A stretch of 64,000 nt of DNA from Fimicolochytrium jonesii. Its lineage: Eukaryota. The stretch spans positions 248,001 to 312,000 of the forward strand of contig NW_026515669.1 in NCBI RefSeq assembly GCF_025526975.1, written 5' to 3'. A program made the translations under genes and the position numbers. Under the pieces are notes generated by a model. The model did no database searches. It saw only the letters and a list, made by a program, of their open reading frames with translations, and was not told the origin of the DNA. This document shows positions 51,301 through 60,137 of the stretch, piece after piece (within the stretch, counting starts at the first letter, position 1; each line of letters begins with the position of its first letter).

Positions 51301-52243
51301 GTCGGTGCTCTGGGAGGGTATCCGCGTTCTTCTTGGCGAAGACGTCCGCAAAATCTTGGTATTCTTCAGGAATGATGGCCTTCGGATCTTTTGGAGGAGT
51401 GGTCGCCAGGGCTTGGGAATCTGACTTGGTCGGATTGGCGTAGGCAATGAATGCCTGGTCATGCCTTGCCGCCACACGGAAAGCTGGGGCGCTGATAAAC
51501 GATACGTGGATCGGTGTGGGTGCTGGGTCCAGTGTGTTGGGTGTCTGGGCTAGGGAGACTGAAATCTCGTCTTGATGGATACGGATCAGAGGTTCAGGGG
51601 TTCTTGAGGGCTTCGGGCTAGGTTCTGTTGGCAGGGCATCCCAGGAGGCGTATTGTCCAAAACCGCAATGGCAGCGGACGCAAAGAGTGCGAGTCTTCCA
51701 GTGTAGCTCCACATCATGGAGCTCAAACCAGGGAAGCCCCAGGATGATTGGCGCATGCGGGGAACATGTCACATGGAATACCACCTCCTCAAAATGGTCG
51801 TTGACCCACATGCCCAAAGGTTGGGTGTGATGGGTAATGGAGCCCGCATGGCTGGGACGTCCGTCAACCAGTTCAAGCGCAATGGGGTCCTCCTTCTTGA
51901 CAAGTGGGATGCGGTGCTTGCGGGCATAACTTTCGTCGATGAAGCACGACATCGCACCGGTGTCAAGTAGTGCTGAAAGCTGAACTGGAGCTCGCTGGGC
52001 CGATATCTGCAGGGTAACAGGGTACTCGAATGGTGAGGATGGGCCCAAAATCCGCATGGGTGAGGGTATCTCAGATCGGAGATTGACATTGTTGGTGGTC
52101 AGGAGAAGGGTGTTGCTGGAGATGCCAGGATCGGAGCAAGGTTTTGTGGCTTCTCCCTTGGCAGTACTTGCGTGGTGAGAAGGCCCAGGACAGGTGTTGC
52201 CCAGCTGCTCGGCCTTTACTGCAGCTGGACTTGGGCAAAATCC
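48388..52243 (-). CDS. pol: Pol (PR-RT-RNase H-integrase-chromodomain) of element 1, -1 frame to gag, with a 1-nt frameshift in integrase at ~49260
   Basis: PR 'LLDTGA'; RT '[11 protein letters not shown]' and 'YLDDILI'; RH 'SDASAFALGAVL'; IN HHCC, 'SMDFITDLP', 'SDRGPQF', 'PQSDGQTER'; chromodomain 'WIVEDILDSR...YLIKWQGWPSSENTWEP'. Confidence 0.95.
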
Positions 52244-53142
52244 TGGATGGGTGCAGGTTCCTTAACCGCGACATTCGCCGTGCGTATCTTGTTTGGGCAG
52301 AGTTTGGCTATGTGGCCAGGTTTACCACAATAGAGGCAAAGTTTGTTTGTGATGCGGTGTTGGCGCTCTAGCGGTGTGAGGGGTCCTCGCGGACGAGCAG
52401 CGTCAATGACCATAGGGTCGTCTGGGCGGTTGTCGGGGCTCATGAGGGTGGGGCTAGTGGTAACTGGCACATATGGCTGTCGGTTCCTGCTTCGCTCTAG
52501 ACGGCGCTCAAACAATCGGTTGTCACATTGGATGGCCTGTTCCATCACGGTGTCGATTGAGGCGGTAGGGGGCATCGTGAGCATTAAGTCCTTGACGTCT
52601 TCTTTGAGGCCGCGACGGAAGGTGGCAATCAATGCCTGGTCATTCCACGACACATCGCATTGCAGCTGTCGGAATTCAGCTACATACTCTGTTGCTGCAC
52701 GGGTTTGTCGAAGGTTCTGGAGCTTGTTTTCGGACGTGCGGATCCTGTCGCTGTCTCCAAAGACTGCTTGCATTTGCTGGATGAAATCATCCAGGTTCGT
52801 AAGGGAATGATGGTCTTGTTCGACAAGGGGCGCCAGCCAGGCCTGGGCGGTGCCAGTGAGGTAGGTGCCAATAGTTCGTATCTTGGTCTGATTGTTGGGG
52901 TAGCGCCTGGGTTGGAGGGCGAACATGAGCCGGATCTGGTTGAGGAACCCACGGAACTTGCTTCGGGTGCCATCAAATTTGTCTGGGAGACTGATTTTGG
53001 GTTCGGGGGCGTGAGTGGCAGGGGCAGTGGTCTGGGTTTGCGCTAGTTCGGCTTGTAGGGTGGTATTCTGCGCTCGAAGTTCGTCAATCGCATTGCACAT
53101 GGCTTGCCAGGCTTCGGCCGTGAGGGGAAGGGCGTCGGACAT
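52216..53142 (-). CDS. gag: Gag of element 1
   Basis: 'PDKFDGTRSKFRGFLNQI', 'LRQTRAATEYVAEFR', 'FRRGLKEDVKD'; CCHC knuckle 'CLYCGKPGHIAKLC'. Confidence 0.95.
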   Translation of the reverse strand: MSDALPLTAEAWQAMCNAIDELRAQNTTLQAELAQTQTTAPATHAPEPKISLPDKFDGTRSKFRGFLNQIRLMFALQPRRYPNNQTKIRTIGTYLTGTAQAWLAPLVEQDHHSLTNLDDFIQQMQAVFGDSDRIRTSENKLQNLRQTRAATEYVAEFRQLQCDVSWNDQALIATFRRGLKEDVKDLMLTMPPTASIDTVMEQAIQCDNRLFERRLERSRNRQPYVPVTTSPTLMSPDNRPDDPMVIDAARPRGPLTPLERQHRITNKLCLYCGKPGHIAKLCPNKIRTANVAVKEPAPIQDFAQVQLQ

Positions 53143-53193
53143 GGTGATTTGGCGTGGAGGCACAGCGGCTGGGGGTTGTTGAGCAGATCAAAC

Positions 53194-53724
53194 TGTTATG
53201 AATGGGCGGAGCCGACGGAAATAGAGGCGACTTGTGGTGCAGGTTGTTGACAGGTAATGGTATTCAGACCAAAACAAGAACTAGAACAAGACTAGGAAGA
53301 ACTGGTGTTCATCTGCTGGGGGATCAGGAAGTGGGGAGCTCAGGGGAGGCGGCTATTTATGCTTTTCTGGGAAGGCTGAGGAAGCGTGGGGAAGCAGAAG
53401 GGTACGGAATGAGAGGGAAGCCAAGAGAAGCGCCAAGGGTGGGGGAAGCATAGAAACAGAAGACTGGGGATGGGGTGGCTACGCTGAGGCTGTGGGCGGG
53501 TACGTGGGGAAGTATGGAGAAGGGTTTGTAAGCGCCGAGTGTTGGGAGGTGTGGCTACGTGCGGCTGCGTGGAGAAATGAAGGCAGTGGCAGGTGTGGGG
53601 TAGCGCGGCTGCGTGCGGCTGCGAGGTTTGGCAGATGTCAGGTTTTGACAGGGAATTGACATTGACTGACTGTTGGGATGCTGTCATGAGGTAAGCGCAT
53701 GGTATGCACGCGTCGTCCATAACA
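53194..53724 (-). repeat. 5' LTR of element 1
   Basis: Direct repeat of 47845-48375. Followed on the minus strand by the primer site GTTTGATCTGCT. Confidence 0.97.
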
Positions 53725-54901
53725 CAAACGCGACAACATCCTCCCTGGAGGTAAAGTACATGCGGCGTTTGGGGGGGCATGAAGCGGTTTCTATAATATC
53801 CCTGATTAGCGGCCGAGGACAGACACACGGAGCATGAGGACAATGGCATGTAACTTACGTCCAAGTGTGCGAAAATGGGTCTCGATTCGCTGACAAACAT
53901 TATCAGCCTTAGCCGACCCGTCACTAAGCATCGCACACAGCATCGGAGATGTCCCTGTTGCTGTTGCACACTCCGTAGTGTGATCAAAGGTAAACAATCC
54001 AAATTCGATACTGGAATCGGCGTAAGTGAGGAGATGTTTCGCGGTGCTCAGTAATGCGTCAAGGGCATGGGCTGGTGTTGGAGTTGGAGTTGGTGACAAC
54101 CGAATCCCTTCGATCGCCTCCTTCTCTCCCGCTCCGAGCTGGTCATATAGATGTTTTCGTCGGGCGTTTACCCACCGGATACAGCTTGTGTCGGGGTGCG
54201 CAATTGCTGTGGCATATTCCTCCGCGGATTCGACGTTGAGATTGAAGCGTGAGATGGTTCCGACTCCATCTTGCTTCAGAAGTGTATTAAAATGACTGAA
54301 TCCGTGTACCGCTGTCGCCCGCTTTGTCCGTTTCCCCTCCCATTCAGATTCGTTTCGTTGCTTAGTCTGTAAAACAAGAGACCAGCGTGAGGATGTGCGT
54401 GGGGATGTGCAAGTGGGAATGTTCTGCAAGTGCGGGAGTCCTGGAGTCCCGGCACGACCTGCCAGCTACCTCTCCTCTCCTCCACCATCACTCTCCTCCC
54501 GTGTGCCACAGTCTCACTTTCATATCAGACAGAGGGATGCCTGCAGCAACAAGGTGGTAGTTCCGCATCCCATCCTTGCGTCTCCCGTTTCCGTCCAACC
54601 ATCCCGTTACCGTGCGACCATCCATCCTGTTTCCCTTCCATCTCCGGTTTGTCGCAAAGCCTCCTCAGTGATCACCCACCATATCTCATCTCCGGTTCGA
54701 ACACGAACACTGCACATGTACTGTACATCTATCGGTATCTGCATAAGCGGAAGAAGGAGAGTTGAGTGCCCTATGTTGCAGGACTCGAGCCATGATTCGT
54801 TTTTTGGATGATGAGTATTTGTGGGAAATGAATGCTGGGGTAGTAGTACCCCCTACGTACCAGCCGTACCAAATGGCAAACCACGGCGCTGAGAGCGTGG
54901 A

Positions 54902-55020
54902 GCTGTAAGGCCGAGCGTGAAGGCTGTAAGGCCGAGCGTGGGCGTAAGGCCGAGTGTGGGCGTAAGGCCGAGTGTGGGGGTGAGGCCGAGTGTGGGCGTA
55001 AGGCCGAGTGTGGGCGTAAG
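54902..55020. repeat. 18-bp minisatellite (GGCGTAAGGCCGAGTGTG), six copies plus a partial
   Basis: Read directly; no unique spacers between units. Confidence 0.95.
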
Positions 55021-55023
55021 AGT

Positions 55024-55140
55024 ACCCTAACCCTAATGTTACCCTAACCCTAATGGCGCCTCAATTTGACCGCGACTCTGTTGAACCTAACCCCAACCCT
55101 AACCCTAACTTTAACCCTCACCCGAACCCTAACCCTAACC
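55024..55140. repeat. Interstitial telomere-like (CCCTAA)n tracts
   Basis: ACCCTAACCCTAA twice at 55024-55053 and a degenerate CCCTAA run at 55085-55140. Confidence 0.9.
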
Positions 55141-55174
55141 GTGCCCTCACGTGCCCATATATTAGTTGCATAAC

Positions 55175-55227
55175 CCTACTCTTTGTCGTCGGACTCTTTG
55201 TTGTCCTACTCTTTGTCGTCAGACTCC
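55175..55227. repeat. 15-bp tandem repeat (CCTACTCTTTGTCGT-like), three copies plus a partial
   Basis: Read directly. Confidence 0.9.
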
Positions 55228-55882
55228 GTCGATAGTTACATTTTCTAGAACTACGTTGAATATGTACATTGAGGTTCCCATCACGTGTATGGAACAAGCG
55301 TGTACTGTACGGCCTCCGACGTTGACGCTTTCACGTTTGTCGACGCTTTCGCGTTCCTGAACTGTATACAATACGGGACACGCGTGTTTGAATAACTCAT
55401 CCGTAACAGATGCATACTTATCTGTATGCATGCATACGCACCCGTTTATGCATGCATATGGTCCATCACGTATTGCAGATCCATAATGCACATCTGTATG
55501 CATGCATGCGCATGCATAAACAGAAATATACTGATGCCCATGCCCCATTCCCCATTCCGTGCATTCCCCGTTCCCCAACACAATCACGAAACAAGGAAAA
55601 TGCTGGTCAAAAGTTCGCGTACGTCGATGACTCAATGACTCGCTTATTGACGTGCCTTCTGCAGCATTTATTGATCCGCAATTAGGCATCCGCAATCTGG
55701 CTCATCTGCTGAAACATCGATATCACAATCACGTCCTTGCCCGCCATTATTTTCTGCCACTGCCGCACCTTCCTACCCTTCCTACCCTTCTTCCGCCGTC
55801 ACCGGGTCTGTCCCTCATCCGGCACATCGGCAGCAGCTACCCACAAACCAACCCTCCCCACAAACCATATTGTGCTGCTGTC

Positions 55883-56903
55883 ATGGATACCATGGAACCA
55901 ATTTCAATGATTCCAATTCCTGATGGTATGTGCCGAAAGACATTACTAGTATTAGAAACTGTCAAATTCCGGGGACAGTAAGCCAATTATTGACGTGCCT
56001 TCTGCAGGATTCGTCAACGCAATTATGCGAGGAGTCCGCTCAGCACTTGCTTCGGTTTTCTGCGTCTCCGGTGCATCAAAGCAAGGCAGCACCGCTGAAT
56101 CGCCTGAATGCACCGCTGAATCGCCGGAATCGCCTGAGCCGCCCGTCATGCTTGGCAACAAGCAATTCAAACGCAAAGCGGAATCGCCTGAACCGCCCGT
56201 CATGCTTGGCAACAAGCAATTCAAACGACCCCATTTGGGTTTGGGCAAAACTAGACCCCATTTGGGTTTGGGCAATTACGATACTGGTAGCCCAGTTCCG
56301 CAACGTACCCGACTCTACTGTCAATCTACTCCTACTTCGACGGCCGGCCAGAAGCTTACCCGTGCCGACTCGAAACAGCTCCTGCAGGAACAACAGGACA
56401 ACTTTAGAGCCATGTTCGACAACTTTCTATCATCGCTTGGTGATACCATCGGTCCGCTCGTGAGGGATATCATTCAGGATGAACTACGTTCGCAATTGGG
56501 CAGGACTCCGGTGGACCTCACCGACATGACAGCCAGCACTTCAGCCACTTCAGCGGCACGACCAAATGCAACCAAACCCGCCAGGAGAGTACCGAAGGGG
56601 CTCAATCAGTTAGTCAAAGAGTTCCTCAACGGCTTTATACCTGGGTATTCAAGTCTCACACCCGCCAACGTGACCAAGTATGGCGCTGGAAACACCAGGG
56701 CCAGGCAGCTGTTGACCGACCTCACCGATCCTCATCGAACGAGGCCACAGTTTGCGGCAGTAGAGGACGCCATCTTGAGCTTCATGGAATATGAGCCCCA
56801 GATACACCAGCATAGTCTCGCCAAAGTGACGGAGGAACTCCTCTCGGTCATCCGCAACCGAATCACCAATATGAAAGCTGGGCGAATCAAGGTGAATTCT
56901 TAG
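55883..56903 (+). CDS. Unknown protein (ORF-X), probable accessory gene upstream of the Fanzor-like gene, 2 coding exons
   Basis: Exon 55883-55925 (MDTMEPISMIPIPD) splices GTATGT...TGCAG in phase into 56008-56903. Internal duplications of 21, 54 and 27 nt all keep the frame; predicted helical C-terminal half. Confidence 0.6.
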
Positions 56904-57657
56904 TCAAGGAGACGATGTTGATGACGAGTAGGCCTCATCTACAAACAGGTATGTAGTAAGACAGACGACTCCGTTCTCAGCTTTTATTCACTGGTGTGGT
57001 TCATCTAGGCAATTGGTGCAGGAATCGTATATATTCCGTTGTGAAAACTTCTATCCCCACTACTACCACAAGGTTGGCGGTCCATGGAATCTACGTCAAG
57101 TGGCTCGGAGGCGTCGATGTCAAACAACTCAACGTCGACAAGATAAGGCATTCCACGTTATTGACCGGATGCCTTTTTAGATGTAAATGAACATGTACAT
57201 AGCGCTTGTGGGTCTTTACAATGTTTTGTTTTTTCATGCATATGGGAACGTTTATGCATCAATATATGCGTAAATATACGTAAGTTCGTTCTAAGTGCGC
57301 AGTTTGCATTATGCATGCATAAGCGCATGCATAAATTGGAACGCGTAGCCGCGGGCTGATTAAACAGAAGCAGGAGAGTTTCAATTATACCCACAACAAT
57401 GCTTTCACTTCCCATGCCACATATGTACACATTCCTTTCAACGTCCGCGTCTCTAGCCTCTCTATCCATATCAACGTACGCCTTCCGCTATGCATATACG
57501 GGGAAGCAATGTGAATTGGAAGGTATGGTTGGCACAGTCTTTGACAGTGTCACTTGCAATGGCACCCACGTGTCGCTTGCAATGGCACCCACTCGTTTGC
57601 TTAGTGCCCACTCTTTCTCATTCGTCTCATTCTGTATACCTTTCGCAGCCAGCAGCC

Positions 57658-58518
57658 ATGGTCAGATATACCATCACGCGACCTGTGGGTCGGTTGAAAA
57701 ATTTCATTCAACGGCCCAATGGGACAGCGGACGAGGACTGGGACAGTACCGTCAGGACCGTAGTAGAGGTGTTTCAAAGCCGTGCCAAGTTTGTGTCTGA
57801 CACGGTCTTCTGTGCCTGGCATTTACTTGGCATCTATCTGAGGAGTGAGGCGGATACCTTCCTGGACCTTCTCAATGACAATCCCTCAGTCATGCCACCA
57901 AATACCGATCATCGTTATCGGAAGGGGCTCACATCAATGTGCGTTGATGCCTGTCGCATCATTGCAATGGATGGCAACCGGCATATGGAGGATCAAAATC
58001 TTTGGAACACCTACATCCAAAAGCTCAAGCCCACCATGATGAGTGGGTATCAATTTCCTGAGGACGCCCTGCTCCCAAACCCACCTGTCCCAGGTGCCAC
58101 CTTCATCTTTTGCAACAAGGTCTTGCGTGTTCGCGGAGCTGAGGTTGGGGATCGCTGGACAGATCATTTATCACAAATTACACTGGTCGCATACACCCTG
58201 GCAGCGAATTTCAAGACTCATATCAGTGAGAATCTAAACAGGTTCATGCTGAGGGTACTCGAAGGGCAAATCAATCTTGTGAATGGTGTAGAATTGCTGT
58301 CAGAAGAAGAAAAGAAGTCTTTCTGTAAATCCGTTGTTTGGACGCATCTGGGCTCACATATGTGTATGAATATGTGCAAGTGTACTGATAACCTCTGAAC
58401 GTCAACAGTCGAACGTCTGACACGATGGTTGGAACCCCACAGATCAAGGGCAATAGTCCAAACACACGCTTCACTCCAACGGGCACCGCGCGTACCTTCC
58501 TGTTTGGCGGGATGCAGC
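57658..58518 (+). CDS. Probable Fanzor1 (TnpB-derived RNA-guided endonuclease) N-terminal WED/REC portion, interrupted by element 2
   Basis: 'YTITRPVGRLKNFI', 'VFQSRAKFVSDTVFCAWHLLGIYLRS' and 'LSQITLVAYTLAANFKTHISENLNRFMLRVL' follow the order and pattern I recall for Fanzor1 N-terminal motifs. Likely short intron ~58362-58408. No RuvC motifs in the window. Confidence 0.6.
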
Positions 58519-58594
58519 TGTTATGGACGACGCGCCCATACCATTAAGCTTACCTACTGACAGCCGCCAATGTCAACCGCCAAATGTCAAACGC

Positions 58595-58657
58595 CAATGT
58601 CAATGTCAATGTCAGTGTCAATGTCAGTGTCAATGTCAGTGTCAATGTCAATGTCGA
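58595..58657. repeat. Hexamer microsatellite (TGTCAR)n in U3 of the element 2 LTR
   Basis: About ten TGTCAA/TGTCAG units. Confidence 0.9.
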
Positions 58658-59138
58658 TGCCACTTCCCCTCTCTCCTCTCATTTCGCCAATCCTCTTGCA
58701 ATATCGCCACTCCTCCTCTCTCCTCTCATTTTGCCAATCCCCCCTTGGCTTCTCCACACCCCCCACTGCTTCCCCATAGCCAGCAGCTGTAGCAATGCTC
58801 TCTACGCTCGCCACGCACGCTCTAGGAGCATAGCGGGCGCCCCCCAGTCCCCTCTTGTTGTTGTTGTTCTCTGATCTGCTGGGTTGCCTATCTATAAATA
58901 GCCGGCCTCTCTTCGTCCCTTCCCTTCCTCCCCAGCAGATCAACACCAGTTCTTCTCATCTCCTGTTCTAGTCCTTGTTTCTTGTTTTGCCAATACAATC
59001 TCTTGTCGCCTATCACTCTCGCCTTGTCTTCTCTACTTCGCTTCCGCCTCAGTCGTCGAGATCATAACAGTTTGATCTGCTCCAACACTGCGAAGTTCAA
59101 AACCTGTCCAGCCCTGCATCCGACAAACCTTTTTCGCC

Positions 59139-60137
59139 ATGTCCCAACCCGAATCCGTACCTTTCACCGCCAAGCAATGGAACGATATGTGCCAAGCCTT
59201 CGCCGCCTTGCAAAGCCAAAACGCCAACTTGCAGGCCAACCTAGCGCAAGCCCAAGCCGACGCACAAGCTGCCCAGAGCATCGCCGCCCAGGTTCAAGCC
59301 GATACGTACACCCGTCCTCAAGTCGCCAATCCTGCTCTGGAGCCAAGAATTAGCTCGCCCGAGAAGTTTGATGGTACCCGCAGCAAATTCCGTGGGTGGT
59401 TGAACAACATCCGGTTGATGTTTGCTCTCCAGCCCGACCGCTACCCCAGCGACATCACCAAGATCCAAACTATTGGCACCTACCTCACCGGCACTGCGCA
59501 AGCCTGGATGGCGCCCCTAGTCAAACGCCAAGATCACAGCCTTCAGGACTTCAATAGTTTTATCAGTCAGATGCAATCGGTCTTCGGAGACAGCGACAGG
59601 GTCCGCACCTCTGAAAACAAGCTCCAGAACCTTCGCCAAACCCGTGCAGCAACCGAGTACGTCGCTGAGTTCCGCCAGCTACAATGCGATGTCGCCTGGA
59701 ACGACCAGGCCCTGATTGCTACCTTCCGCCGTGGCCTCAAAGAAGACGTCAAAGACCTGATGCTCACAATGCCCCCTGCGGCCACCATTGATGTGGTGAT
59801 GGAGCAGGCTATCCAGTGCGATAACCGGCTGTTTGAGCGCCGCCTGGAGCGAAACAGAAGCCGCCAGACCTTCCCGGTTCCCCACACCTCGTTTACTACT
59901 ACCACCACTGTCGACCACAGCGAGCCTATGCAGATTGACGCCGCTCGTCCCCGCGGCCCTCTGAGCCCTCAGGAACGCCAACGCCGCATTTCCAACAACC
60001 TCTGCCTTTACTGCGGTGGCGCGGGGCACATTGCAAAAGTCTGCCCCGTCAAGAACAAGACCACCACCCGTGCCGCCAACGTCGACATCAAAGAACCCTC
60101 CACCGAACAGGGTTTTCCCAAAGTCCAGCCGCAGTAA
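59139..60137 (+). CDS. gag: Gag of element 2
   Basis: Paralogous to element 1 gag; CCHC knuckle 'CLYCGGAGHIAKVC'. Confidence 0.95.
   Translation: MSQPESVPFTAKQWNDMCQAFAALQSQNANLQANLAQAQADAQAAQSIAAQVQADTYTRPQVANPALEPRISSPEKFDGTRSKFRGWLNNIRLMFALQPDRYPSDITKIQTIGTYLTGTAQAWMAPLVKRQDHSLQDFNSFISQMQSVFGDSDRVRTSENKLQNLRQTRAATEYVAEFRQLQCDVAWNDQALIATFRRGLKEDVKDLMLTMPPAATIDVVMEQAIQCDNRLFERRLERNRSRQTFPVPHTSFTTTTTVDHSEPMQIDAARPRGPLSPQERQRRISNNLCLYCGGAGHIAKVCPVKNKTTTRAANVDIKEPSTEQGFPKVQPQ

Larger units (their letters stand above)
47845..53724 (-). mobile_element. Complete Ty3/gypsy chromovirus LTR retrotransposon (element 1)
   Basis: 531-bp LTRs (47845-48375, 53194-53724) with TGTTATG...CATAACA ends and 5 mismatches by eye. 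TSD CAAAC at 47840-47844 and 53725-53729. PPT AAGGAGGGGG at ~48379-48388. Domain order gag-PR-RT-RH-IN-chromodomain. Confidence 0.97.
47018..54366 (-). pseudogene. Unknown spliced gene split by retrotransposon 1 (5' part ~53725-54366, 3' part ~47018-47844)
   Basis: Removing the element and one TSD copy restores a continuous frame: '...RRMYFTSREDVVAF-V-KERYNQAFVKECQRTRF...'. Canonical introns GTAAGT...TAG and GTAAGG...TAG lie on either side. Gene ends are approximate. Confidence 0.6.

Noticed and set aside
54902..55020. Possible CRISPR-like array
   Set aside because: Units are contiguous with no unique spacers, and there are no cas genes; it is a minisatellite.
58523..58946. ORFs with CQCQCQ, MSMSVS, NVNVSV or DIDTDI repeats
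   Set aside because: These are translations of the hexamer microsatellite in the LTR.
59070..59090. tRNA primer-binding site
   Set aside because: It does not begin with TGG and is instead complementary to the element's own R region.
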